From NCBI GenBank assembly GCA_022180565.1, contig BQML01000006.1:2504-66503 (forward strand): DNA of 64,000 nucleotides. The letters are read 5' to 3'. The DNA is from Bacteroidia bacterium. GTDB lineage: Bacteria; Bacteroidota; Ignavibacteria; UBA10030. The notes under the pieces were generated by a model. It saw nothing but the letters and a program-made list of their open reading frames with translations. It did no database searches and was not told where the DNA came from. Positions 10,505-20,261 of this stretch are shown one piece after another. How positions within the stretch are numbered: position 1 is the stretch's first letter; each line of letters starts with the position of its first letter. The translations under genes and the position numbers were made by a program.

Positions 10505-12829
10505 TTAGATCGCAACACCGATGCCTTCCTTGAGTGCTTTCGCTGAATGGAGTCCAAGACGTTTGCCGTTCACCACGAGAGAGTAGGAGTCGCGGTCCAA
10601 CCCGTCGAACGTCAGCCGGACAGTCCGGGGAACGTTCACGTTGTCGAGAAGATCCAACCAAATCGTGTCGCCCTCCACCAACACACTCGGAATCCTGCAT
10701 CCGTCGATTCCGACCCCCCACTGTCCGCGGACATTGACAAAGGCGTTCCCGTATTTCGGTTCAATGAGGTGAATCGAGACGACGGAGCTTCCCGTTCCCC
10801 AATGGAGACCCGTAACGCCGGCAAGCCTGTCGGCCGCGGCATGCGCGTAGTTCTCAGCGGTTCGGGGAGAGTCGTTCGATTCGAACAGAGAAAACATCGC
10901 TCTCAGGGCCGCAACGCCTCTCTCGAAATACTCGCGGCTCCCCGTGGCCTCAGCATACCGGACAAGCGTCACCGCAAAGTAGCCCTGCCGCGAATCGCTC
11001 CATTCTCCGTCGGTGTTTTGCACGCCAAAGCCTCCCATCAGTTCGCACGACAACCATTCGGGACTCCACATCTGCTGATAGAGACAGAGGTAATCCAGAA
11101 TCCGGGTGCCAAGGGTGATGTACGCCTTGTTCCCGGTGAGCTCATACAGCGACAAACAAGCTTCTGTGGCCTGGTGCATAGAAAGGGTGTTCTGCGGATA
11201 CTGGCCCGTCTTGCTGTCGAACAATGACAATGGTTTACGCGAACAGGAAAAGAATGTCTCAAAGTCAAACCACTTGTTCTTCGGCACAATGTTCGTCGCA
11301 ATATACTCCATGGCTCGCTCGGCAGACTTCAGATACACAGGATCCTTCGTTCTGCGGTACAATTCCGCCAGGAAGAATGCAGCTCCGGCGGTTTCTGCAT
11401 TTTCCTCGCGTAATTCCGGCACGGGCTTGAGCGTGGACGGGTCATACCAGGAGGGGATAACACCCGATGCAAGCTGGTTTCTCACGAGGAAATTACCGAA
11501 CCGACGGGTGCGCCGGATGATCTCGTCCCGACGATCCGGAAGAAGATCGCTCCATCGGAGGAGCCAGAGAGAGGTCCAGGAATTGTGGAACATTGCGTAG
11601 CAAGTACCGTCGCGAATACCTCCCCACGCGTGATCGGCCACCCAGTGTCCTCCGGTACTGTCGAGGAAGAAAATCGACGGCGTCATTCCATCGTATTGCG
11701 GGGCCGAGAGGGCAAGGTTCAGATTTCCCAGCGCCCGCTGTTCAAGCTGTCCGTTACCGGTCTCGCGTGCATGCAAGTACATTCCATAGGCCGTTCGGAG
11801 CGAGTTGAACCACACATTGAACCAGTTGTCATTGTTGGCCGACCGAGGAAGTTTGTTGCTCCAGGAGAGCCGTTCCTGACGGAGCAAAGTCACGGGGGTG
11901 CCCCCATAGACCGTGTCGAGAGCCACGAGGGGTACGAACTGCTCCCAGGCCTTACGTTTATACGAGGCAAACGGTTCAGTCTGCGGGCCGCGGGCGCGAA
12001 GAAAATTGCTCCGGCCGAACTTCTCCCACTGAAACCTCACCACGCTCTGGAATCCGGCGGCCGGAGCCGCGGAGGCATTCACGCAAATGTAGTACCCGAA
12101 CTCCAGCCTTGTACCGGCCTCGATGGTCGCTCGCGTGCTGTCTGAATGGGAATAATACACGTGGCCTTTCTTCTCCCAGGGGAGTAGTCCGAAGGACAGA
12201 TAAGGAAACGGCGGCATATCAACGCGCATATCGGCACCCGAGCGCACGGGTCTTGCCCGACCGTCAAGGGTATGCACGTCGGGAATCAGGGCCGCGAAGT
12301 CCCTTCCCTTTTGAATCATGAACGCCGGTGCCCTGAATGTATGGTCAGCGATCACCTCGTCGTCCTCCGGCCTCAATTGCGGAGTGAATACAAAGTCCAC
12401 GTTGCCCCCCGGAAGAAACGAATAGGTCGAGAGCAGGTGCTGAAGCTCGACCTTTTTCCGGAATTGTGCCGTCACTCTGACATAAACAAACGGGTCGCTT
12501 TCAGTAACCCGAATCGTCTTCTCCATGCGGCCGATCCCGGAATCGGCTACGAGAATGAGCATTCTTCCCCTGTCTGCCAACTCCGCATGAACGTATTCGA
12601 TATGAATGTCGCGCCCTTCGATACGAAGTGATGGATCGCGCCTGGATATGCTTCCGCCGCCAAGAATCTCCTTCCATCTCCCGCCTGATTCCGCCAGATA
12701 GACGACGCGGTAGCCGCTCCCTGCCTGCTCGGCGCGAACTCTTACCCGCCCATTTCCGATCTCCAACTGCCGTGCATCCGTTGAGAAAAGGGCGACGAGG
12801 ATCAGCCCACAACACCTCAATGCTTTCAC
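10505..12829 (-). CDS. Secreted uncharacterised protein with C-terminal six-hairpin (alpha/alpha)6 glycosidase-like domain
   Basis: GTG 12829 (GTGA overlap) gives a signal-like N-terminus. Helical repeats (FLAELYRRTKDPVYL..A, LYELTGNK.Y) and acidic motifs WFDFETFFSC and QNTDGEWSD. Confidence 0.65.
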   Translation of the reverse strand: MKALRCCGLILVALFSTDARQLEIGNGRVRVRAEQAGSGYRVVYLAESGGRWKEILGGGSISRRDPSLRIEGRDIHIEYVHAELADRGRMLILVADSGIGRMEKTIRVTESDPFVYVRVTAQFRKKVELQHLLSTYSFLPGGNVDFVFTPQLRPEDDEVIADHTFRAPAFMIQKGRDFAALIPDVHTLDGRARPVRSGADMRVDMPPFPYLSFGLLPWEKKGHVYYSHSDSTRATIEAGTRLEFGYYICVNASAAPAAGFQSVVRFQWEKFGRSNFLRARGPQTEPFASYKRKAWEQFVPLVALDTVYGGTPVTLLRQERLSWSNKLPRSANNDNWFNVWFNSLRTAYGMYLHARETGNGQLEQRALGNLNLALSAPQYDGMTPSIFFLDSTGGHWVADHAWGGIRDGTCYAMFHNSWTSLWLLRWSDLLPDRRDEIIRRTRRFGNFLVRNQLASGVIPSWYDPSTLKPVPELREENAETAGAAFFLAELYRRTKDPVYLKSAERAMEYIATNIVPKNKWFDFETFFSCSRKPLSLFDSKTGQYPQNTLSMHQATEACLSLYELTGNKAYITLGTRILDYLCLYQQMWSPEWLSCELMGGFGVQNTDGEWSDSRQGYFAVTLVRYAEATGSREYFERGVAALRAMFSLFESNDSPRTAENYAHAAADRLAGVTGLHWGTGSSVVSIHLIEPKYGNAFVNVRGQWGVGIDGCRIPSVLVEGDTIWLDLLDNVNVPRTVRLTFDGLDRDSYSLVVNGKRLGLHSAKALKEGIGVAI

Positions 12830-14451
12830 TTCCGGATCTTCACTCGTTTCAGGATCTTCTGCATATTCAACCCGAACATCTTCTTCTTTTCGTCGACCGA
12901 GCAGTGGGAGTAGGCCATCCATCCGAACTGCGGAATGGGATCTCTCATCGGTTGGTCCGTCCCGAACAAGACCCGGTCGGCTCCGACGTGCTTCACCATG
13001 AACTCAATGACGCGGTAGGTCACCGACGTAAGTGTGATCTCGAGAAACACGTTTTTGTATTTCTTCGCCACTTCGATCGCAAGGCGGGCATCCCTAAAAG
13101 ACGCCCCCGAATGGGCCAGGATGAATGAAATGTTCCTGTAGCGACGGGCCAGGTCGGAAGCCTCCTCGACGACGTTGGGCGAGGGATGAATCAGCGCATA
13201 GGCGTTGATGCTGTTGCCGTAGCGAAACCAGGGGGCCCAGGCCTTGTCATTGTAAGGAATGAATGTACGCGGATAGTATGGTTTTATTCCGCCCATTTTG
13301 CACAGTTTGTACCACAGATCGCATTCCTTTTTCCAGTCCTTCACGTACTGCGGCTGGAGGGATGCATAGCCGTGATAGAAACCCGGATACCGGCGCATGG
13401 CATCAACAATAATCTTGTTTCCCTCGGCGTAGTCCGTCCACACCGCTAAAAACCCGCTCACGCACATGGCATCGATGCCCATGAGCTTTGCGCGCTCCCT
13501 CATGCTGGCCGCATCGCCGTAGGGCTGGTGAAGAAAACCGATTCCCCCGGCGCCGTCGTGGGACATGTGGGCATGGGAATCGATGACAACCATGTCGTCC
13601 AGGGGCTTGCCGTCCTTTGCGCGCTGAAGGATCGAATCCCCGAACCGGTCCTCACCATAGGAGGCAAGCGGCGTTTCAAGCCTGAGGAGTTTCCTGATCG
13701 TGCCTGACGCGATCGCTGCCTTTTGGCTATCGGTTAGGGTGCAGTAATCCACAAACGCCTTGGCGGCACCGGGAGACTTTTCAAGCGCTCCCGTCCCGAA
13801 AACAATCCTGTTGGAGCCGTACCATTCGGAAAACACCTCCATGGCCCGATTTCCCTGATGATTAGAGAGCTCCAGATGCAAGCGCTTGTGCCTTCTCATC
13901 AGAGGCTCTACGTATCGAGTCGATTCCCAGCGGGAGGCTTGAAGGATGACGTTTAAGTACGGATGGCGCGCCAACATGATATCAAGATCGCTGAGGAGGA
14001 CTTGGTTCGTCGGCTCCAGGATGTCCGGATGATAGCAATGGCCGCCTTCGACCATCAGCACAATTTGCTCCTTCTCAAGTTCCGCCAGGAGGTCTCCGCA
14101 GAATTCAGGCGTGAAGGGGTAGCGGTGGGCTCGCGGATACATCTTTGCCGCCCGGATCCCGTGATCCTTCATTTCTCGCACAGCATCCTTCGGTCTTGGG
14201 AATTCCCTCGTGTGATGCGGCATTACGGTCCACACGCCGAACAGGCGAGGGCTCTTTCGTAGCTCATCGAGGAGCATCCGGTTTCCGTAGGTCGGATCAT
14301 ATTCCTTTGCGACCGAGTGGGCGATGAGTGCACCGTGGATCCCGCACCACTCCATCTCCTCCAGCAGAACTTCTGTCTCGTAGGGCGTTTCGACGTCCTT
14401 CGGCCCTTTTCGGCCGACCATGGCATAGCAATCGATGTATTCCCGTGTCAT
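12826..14451 (-). CDS. Tandem two-domain amidohydrolase (Amidohydro_2 x2)
   Basis: C-domain has DSHAH, IHP, LAHSG, VFLE and VLFGTD. N-domain has the same layout with degenerate ligands (DCYAM, FGTG). Confidence 0.82.
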   Translation of the reverse strand: MTREYIDCYAMVGRKGPKDVETPYETEVLLEEMEWCGIHGALIAHSVAKEYDPTYGNRMLLDELRKSPRLFGVWTVMPHHTREFPRPKDAVREMKDHGIRAAKMYPRAHRYPFTPEFCGDLLAELEKEQIVLMVEGGHCYHPDILEPTNQVLLSDLDIMLARHPYLNVILQASRWESTRYVEPLMRRHKRLHLELSNHQGNRAMEVFSEWYGSNRIVFGTGALEKSPGAAKAFVDYCTLTDSQKAAIASGTIRKLLRLETPLASYGEDRFGDSILQRAKDGKPLDDMVVIDSHAHMSHDGAGGIGFLHQPYGDAASMRERAKLMGIDAMCVSGFLAVWTDYAEGNKIIVDAMRRYPGFYHGYASLQPQYVKDWKKECDLWYKLCKMGGIKPYYPRTFIPYNDKAWAPWFRYGNSINAYALIHPSPNVVEEASDLARRYRNISFILAHSGASFRDARLAIEVAKKYKNVFLEITLTSVTYRVIEFMVKHVGADRVLFGTDQPMRDPIPQFGWMAYSHCSVDEKKKMFGLNMQKILKRVKIRK

Positions 14452-14456
14452 GGAGG

Positions 14457-15707
14457 TTACCAGTAGAAAGGTTTGATTGATGATCGTTCACGCGTTTCGG
14501 CGTCCAACGCCCGTTTCAGGGCCGCCCGGGCGCGTTCGAGACTTTGGTCGATGTCCTCCTGCTTGTGGGAATATGAAATGAACCAGCGGAGGATCACAAA
14601 GATACCTTCGCGGAAGAGTTCGCGAAACCACAGATACTCCAGACGCGCGTTATACTCTTTGTCCGGCGTGTTGAATTTCAGGAACGACGAGACTGGCAGT
14701 CCTGCGGCATACGCTTCAATCCCGAGGTCTTTCGCCAGAACATTGAAACCGTCCATGAGACGTTTCCCCATGCGGTAGAGATGATCATGCACTTTTTCGC
14801 GCTTCATCACCGAAATCGTCGCAAGGGCCGCAGCGAGAGAGAGCGTTTCGCCGGCGTAGGTTGTCGTCATTTTGAAATGATTCAGCTCGGAAAGATAGCG
14901 GGACTTGCCCACATAGGCCGACAGAGGATAGCCGTTTGCCATGGCCTTCGCATAGCTGGCAAGGTCGGCCTTCACCCCGAAGTACTCCTGCGCCCCGCCT
15001 AGCGCCAATCGGAATCCGGTCCACACCTCGTCGAGAATCAGCAGAATCCCATATTCTTCCGTGAGCTTCCGGAGGTGTTTGACGTATGCCCCGCTCGTAT
15101 CCTCATTCATGTCATACGGAATGGAGATCACACACGCCAGCCGTTCGTTGTACTTCCGAATGAGTTTTTCTGCCATTTCCATGTTTCCCCAAGGAATCTC
15201 CTGCACGTAATCGCGAAGCATCAAGGGAACTCCGTTATCCGGACTCTCGCCGACGGCAAACCAATCGGGATACCCGTGGTAACCGCTCGTGAGAATCATT
15301 TCGCGCTTCGTGTGGGCCCGGGCAATGCGGACGTTGCTCAAATTGGCATCTTCCCCGGTCTTCATGAACCTCACCATCTCAGCGTTCGGAATAATGTCAT
15401 GGAGCATCCGGGCCAGGTCAAGTTCCAGTGGGCTTGCCATGCTGAACAGCACGCCGTTTTTCATCTGTTCACGTACTGCATTGTCCACTTCATCATAGCA
15501 GTAACCCAGCGTAACCGGACCCAGCGCCAGGCGATAATCGATGTACTCCTTCCCTTCCATGTCCCAGATGCGGCAGCCCTTCCCGCGAACGATAAACTTT
15601 GGCATTGTTTCGTCGAATGCCGGATAGGGCCGCTTCGCATTGGTTTGCGTGCCCCACGGAATGAGCTTTAAGGCTTCCTGGAAATGCTTGTCAGAGGGCT
15701 TCATCAT
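14457..15707 (-). CDS. Class III PLP aminotransferase (GSA-aminomutase-like)
   Basis: WDMEGKEYIDY, GYHG, LILDEVWTGFR and YAKAMANG (PLP Lys) motifs. Start moved to ATG 15707. Confidence 0.88.
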   Translation of the reverse strand: MMKPSDKHFQEALKLIPWGTQTNAKRPYPAFDETMPKFIVRGKGCRIWDMEGKEYIDYRLALGPVTLGYCYDEVDNAVREQMKNGVLFSMASPLELDLARMLHDIIPNAEMVRFMKTGEDANLSNVRIARAHTKREMILTSGYHGYPDWFAVGESPDNGVPLMLRDYVQEIPWGNMEMAEKLIRKYNERLACVISIPYDMNEDTSGAYVKHLRKLTEEYGILLILDEVWTGFRLALGGAQEYFGVKADLASYAKAMANGYPLSAYVGKSRYLSELNHFKMTTTYAGETLSLAAALATISVMKREKVHDHLYRMGKRLMDGFNVLAKDLGIEAYAAGLPVSSFLKFNTPDKEYNARLEYLWFRELFREGIFVILRWFISYSHKQEDIDQSLERARAALKRALDAETRERSSIKPFYW

Positions 15708-15763
15708 GGTTATCCGATCAGTATTCGGCCGCCCATTCCCGGCTCGGCTCGCGTCGATCAAAG

Positions 15764-17776
15764 TCAGGAAAGCTCCACCTCCACGCTTGAATCCATCCCG
15801 ATCATCACGATGAATCTCCTGCCACCCTGCGCTCCGGACACGCGCCACATTCCGTTCTGCTGTGCGATGCCGAGTTCAGGCCGGGGAGAATCGCTTGCCG
15901 ACACCTGACAGGCGGTTAGAATTCCATGCACAGATGCCGGACCATGTTCCACTTCGATGTAGGGAAAGACACCGAGATCCTCGGGAAGGTTCAGTTTCCC
16001 CGTGAGGATCCTCGGATTCGATGAGCCGGCAACGGAGGCATGCAAGAAAACTCCCGGGCGTTCTATAGTGAACGAGTTTTCCAGCGTGCGTCCTCTCCCT
16101 TTCCCGTCCTCGTTGTAGATCTGAAACCGCGCCTGAACCCATCCCGGCGAATCCAACCGCACGCTGTCAAAGAGGATGAGGACATCGGGTTTGACAAAGA
16201 TCATCGTTCGCAACACTTCCCGGACTGTGGGATGAACCAGTCGGTAGGCTTCGGTGGCGTCGCTCGTGGCGACCGTAGAGGTCCCGTTTGCCCGATAGTG
16301 TGTCACCCGCGCTTCGGCCCATGAAGCATTCGTTCCCTCCCTGCCGTCATGGTACTGGTGCCCCTTCCCGTTGATGAGAACCGCCGTATGCGCTTCTGTC
16401 TGCCTGAGCAGCCAGTGCGGCTCCGTGTAGGAATAGGAGGCCTTGAACGGATCGTGCAGAAGTCGCTCTCCCCGGGCTTTCAGGACAATGCTGTTCCGAT
16501 CTGCATGCTCGTGATTTCCCGGCATTCCGCTCCTCATCGCTACCACGGTGCTTGTCACATCGTATCCCGTCCGCGAAATCACGAGATCGTTGGAAAACCG
16601 GACATCGTGGAGCTCCGGTCCCGGCTTTTGCGGTTGGATTGTGGAATCGTACCACACAAGCGCATAGTGACTGCTGACTTCACCGATCTCCAGCGCAACG
16701 AATTGGGCGATCGGGTCGCGGAAGCGCCGGGCGACCCAGGCGGCAACCGACGTGTCGCCGACGACGCTGGCGTCGCCAAAATTCACACAATCCCCGGGTT
16801 TGCCATTCGTTGGCATGGACATGTTCAGGCCGTAGCGAATCGTTCCCGTGAAGTTGATCAAGGAATTCAGATCGATTCCCTGCCGGCGGCCAAGAACCTC
16901 GACAAGAAGAGCCAGGTGCAACACGGTATATCCCCAGTAGCTCACGCCTTCTTCGTAGCTTCCATCCGCCCCGAACATGGGCGCGAACGCCCGCGCACTC
17001 TGAATGGCCAAGTCCATCCATTTCCGGGCCTCAGGATGTTTGTCGGCCAGCAGGGATCCGGCGATACCAAGACCCGCAATAGGAATAACCTTGAGGTTTG
17101 TTGAATTCAGAATGATCGGCCACCGGTTCAGATCGAGCGTATTCCGGAATCGGTAGTCACTGTTCGGATCGATCGTCCAGCCCCTCACGCGGTCGGGATG
17201 CAGCATCCCCCAGAGAGTCCGATAACACGGGGGCGCGCCTTTTTCTGCAATTTGCTTCTCTACTTCCCGTTTCATAGCCGGCGACAGCATGTCGTCCATC
17301 CAATCCAGTGCAAGGGCCATCGCGATCGTCGCTTCAGGAGCTCTCTGGAGGCCGATCACCAGCTCACCGCCTTCGAAAAAATAATCCCATTTGGGATACT
17401 CAAGGATCTTTTCCATCGCCAGCTGGGCAACGGCGTACTGATTGCGGTCTCCGGTGAGAGCAAATGCAAACGAAGTGCGTTCAAGGATTTTCCTCGCCCT
17501 CAGCATGTCGTACACATGGCTGTTGGTCTTTAGTTCGGACCGGAGGAACTTTGCATCGGCTTTCAGGTCTGCCGCAAGAACAGTTTTCCAAAAAGGGACG
17601 AAGCGCGGGTGGCGTACGGTTTCGCGCATGCGATCTTTGTCGGACTCGTCAAACAAAAGACCCGTCGCCAGTCGGGCCGGCGCCGGCTTGGCCAAAGTGT
17701 CGAGCGCACCGAGGGACAGTCCGGCCACAGCAAGGCCTGTGCGGCTCAAAAACTCCCTCCGGGAGGCATTCTTCAT
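15764..17776 (-). CDS. Tat-exported heparinase II/III family polysaccharide lyase-like protein
   Basis: SRREFL Tat motif. DGSYEEGVSYW, NFGD, HEHADRNS and T.AH.AVLING motifs. Confidence 0.82.
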   Translation of the reverse strand: MKNASRREFLSRTGLAVAGLSLGALDTLAKPAPARLATGLLFDESDKDRMRETVRHPRFVPFWKTVLAADLKADAKFLRSELKTNSHVYDMLRARKILERTSFAFALTGDRNQYAVAQLAMEKILEYPKWDYFFEGGELVIGLQRAPEATIAMALALDWMDDMLSPAMKREVEKQIAEKGAPPCYRTLWGMLHPDRVRGWTIDPNSDYRFRNTLDLNRWPIILNSTNLKVIPIAGLGIAGSLLADKHPEARKWMDLAIQSARAFAPMFGADGSYEEGVSYWGYTVLHLALLVEVLGRRQGIDLNSLINFTGTIRYGLNMSMPTNGKPGDCVNFGDASVVGDTSVAAWVARRFRDPIAQFVALEIGEVSSHYALVWYDSTIQPQKPGPELHDVRFSNDLVISRTGYDVTSTVVAMRSGMPGNHEHADRNSIVLKARGERLLHDPFKASYSYTEPHWLLRQTEAHTAVLINGKGHQYHDGREGTNASWAEARVTHYRANGTSTVATSDATEAYRLVHPTVREVLRTMIFVKPDVLILFDSVRLDSPGWVQARFQIYNEDGKGRGRTLENSFTIERPGVFLHASVAGSSNPRILTGKLNLPEDLGVFPYIEVEHGPASVHGILTACQVSASDSPRPELGIAQQNGMWRVSGAQGGRRFIVMIGMDSSVEVELS

Positions 17777-18780
17777 CGAAGTATCTCCTTCACGTCAATG
17801 ATCCGTCCGCTCTTCAGCGATTCTGTCATGGCCTCGATCACTGCGAGCGCCGCAACTCCCCCTTCCCCGTTTGTCTCCGGTTCCCTTCCCTCCAACACAC
17901 ACCGGCCAAACTCTTCCATCTCCTCCTCGTAGCTGGCATATCCCTCGGCGCTGAAATCCTGCTCCAGATCCGTCACCAGTTTGTCGTTCTTCAGCACCTG
18001 AAGGCTTACGCCATTGACACTGCAGGAGAGAATGCCCTTGGTTCCATAGATGCGGAACGAGTACACGTCCGGAGTAACGTAGTACGACGAAAGAACCGCT
18101 GGAACACCGGACTCGAGACGGAAGACCGCCGAAGCAGCATCGAGGCCTCCGCCGGGCATGGAAGTGTGATTTGCCACGCAGCCAACATATCTGATCGGAC
18201 CCAGAAGATAGTGCACAACGTCCACGAAATGAATCCCCAGTTGGGTCATCGGAACGAGATGGGCCGTCTGAGGATCGGCCTTCCATCCGGGAAGATCGGC
18301 AAACAGACCTGCCGGTCGGGACATGTTCATTTCCACGCCGGCGATGGTACCGAGTTTTCCCGATTCCAGCACCTCGCGGGATTTCCGAAACATGCCGCGG
18401 CGCCGGGTGTTGTGCCCTACCATTAGAACAACACCCTTCTGTTTCGCGTGCGCGATGGCTGATTTGCCCTCGGCAACCGTTCTCGTGATCGGCTTCTCGA
18501 CGAACACGTGCTTACCCGCGTCAATTGCAAGCGCCATTTGCGCCGCATGAAGATGGTTTGGTGTCACTAATGCCACCGCATCGACTTCAGAGTCCGCGAT
18601 AATGGCTTCATAGGATTCGATGTGCCGCACTCCAAGCTTCTTCGCCGTTGCCCGGGATTCCTGATCCTTCAGATCATTCAATGCAACCAGCTCCAGCGAA
18701 GGGGCCTTCCGAATGGCGTTGAGGATAGTCTCACCGTGGCTGGTAATGCCGATTTGGGCGATGCGAACCTTCTTCTTCAT
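17773..18780 (-). CDS. Gfo/Idh/MocA family oxidoreductase
   Basis: VTPNHLH, GKHVFVEKP, VGHN.R and GIHFVD motifs. Start moved to ATG 18780. Confidence 0.9.
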   Translation of the reverse strand: MKKKVRIAQIGITSHGETILNAIRKAPSLELVALNDLKDQESRATAKKLGVRHIESYEAIIADSEVDAVALVTPNHLHAAQMALAIDAGKHVFVEKPITRTVAEGKSAIAHAKQKGVVLMVGHNTRRRGMFRKSREVLESGKLGTIAGVEMNMSRPAGLFADLPGWKADPQTAHLVPMTQLGIHFVDVVHYLLGPIRYVGCVANHTSMPGGGLDAASAVFRLESGVPAVLSSYYVTPDVYSFRIYGTKGILSCSVNGVSLQVLKNDKLVTDLEQDFSAEGYASYEEEMEEFGRCVLEGREPETNGEGGVAALAVIEAMTESLKSGRIIDVKEILR

Positions 18781-18803
18781 TGAATTCTGATCGGTGCGGT
18801 TCT

Positions 18804-20261
18804 TCAGGGTCTTGCTTTGGCAGAGTGCGGCTTGCCGCGACTCACCAGGAATTCTTTGTACACGGCGGTATAGACCTCGTCCCTCGGCACACAACCTGCA
18901 GGATACTGGCCAAGCTCGTTGTTCTTGGCACGCATCAGATTGGTGCAGTAGCTGATGGCCAGGCAGACCCGGGAATGCTGCAGTGTCCCGTACTTCTTCG
19001 CATCGTGGGCATAATCGGGATAGGCGATGGCTCCGCGGCCGGTTGCAACGACGGTCACCCGCCCGTTTCTCAGATTCCATTCCCCTGCATTCAGAAGAAA
19101 TTGCCGCAGCCAGCTGTAGCCGGTACCCACGACCACAAGATCGGGGAAGGCTTTCTGGATGGCCCCCGTGATGCGAAAATGACGCGCCACACCGATGAGG
19201 GGATGCTCAGGAGTATAGTATCCGTCGTCAGGGGACCGTTCAAAGGGGCGACCATAGTGCATGTTGTAGTACGGACTGCCCATCGAGACGTTGATCATTG
19301 AAACGCCGTGGGACCGCATGAGACGGATAAGTTCAATCGGCTCGGACAGGTCCTCTTTCAGAGGATCATTCTGATCGACCCCAAAACTGTGCCGGTAGGG
19401 CAGTTCAAAGGGGATCGGGACTCCGACCCCGGTTTTGGGGTCTTTTGCAAAGGGAACACCGTCGAACGCGTTCACCCGGGACGCGATCAGCACAGAGTTG
19501 CCCAGTTCCGCCCGGATCTTCCCGAGCACGTTTCGGATGAAACGAGTGCGTCCTTCAAAATCGCCGCCGTATTTGCCCGGCCGTGTGCGCGCGCCAAGCA
19601 GTTCGTTCAGGAGGTAGGTGTGGCACTGTTTGATATCGATGAAATCGAATCCCGCCTTGTAGGTCCGCCTGGCGGCAGCGACGTAGGCGTCCTCCAAACG
19701 CTCGAGATCGTCGTCACTCATCACCGGATAATCGGCAGGGATTCGCACGCTCTTTGCCTTATCCAGGTACGTGACCTTGTCTGCCTGCGGATGGTGGTAC
19801 GCAATGAGGGGTCTCCGGTAACTGTATCGACCGGAATGCGTCAACTGTAATCCTACCAGGAGGTCGCTGTCTGTACCGTATCGTTCAACGTGGGCCGAGC
19901 GCGCGACCCGAACGAGCTCGGCGATCGATTTCAGATTCTCCTCATTGATCAACAGTTGGCGCGGGTTCGCAAGTCCCTCAGGAACGACCGCAGTCGCCTC
20001 GCCCCAGATGAGCTTCGCCCCGCCTTCCCCGAACCTCCGCCATCGTCGAACCGTCAACTCATCCGGCTTCCCTTCCAACGTTCCATCGCATCCCTCCATC
20101 GGATGAATGCCCATCGAGTTACCGATGGTCCGATCAGCGATCTTCACAGGTCTGAAAACCGCCTCGAGTTTTTCCTCAAACGAAATTCCCACCCCCAGGC
20201 GGGCCGCTTCGGAGCGGATTTCATCAAGACTTTTGAAATCAAAGAATCGTTCCGTCGCCAT
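18804..20261 (-). CDS. NADH:flavin oxidoreductase (Old Yellow Enzyme family)
   Basis: HPMEG, WGEA, QLTHSGR, AGFDF.DIKQCH.YLL and YGG.FEGR.RF motifs. TAATG overlap. Confidence 0.88.
   Translation of the reverse strand: MATERFFDFKSLDEIRSEAARLGVGISFEEKLEAVFRPVKIADRTIGNSMGIHPMEGCDGTLEGKPDELTVRRWRRFGEGGAKLIWGEATAVVPEGLANPRQLLINEENLKSIAELVRVARSAHVERYGTDSDLLVGLQLTHSGRYSYRRPLIAYHHPQADKVTYLDKAKSVRIPADYPVMSDDDLERLEDAYVAAARRTYKAGFDFIDIKQCHTYLLNELLGARTRPGKYGGDFEGRTRFIRNVLGKIRAELGNSVLIASRVNAFDGVPFAKDPKTGVGVPIPFELPYRHSFGVDQNDPLKEDLSEPIELIRLMRSHGVSMINVSMGSPYYNMHYGRPFERSPDDGYYTPEHPLIGVARHFRITGAIQKAFPDLVVVGTGYSWLRQFLLNAGEWNLRNGRVTVVATGRGAIAYPDYAHDAKKYGTLQHSRVCLAISYCTNLMRAKNNELGQYPAGCVPRDEVYTAVYKEFLVSRGKPHSAKARP

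Noticed and set aside
14457-15707. hemL call
   Set aside because: No haem-pathway context, and the motifs (AKAMANG, TTYAGE) differ from HemL (GKIIGGG, GTLSGN).
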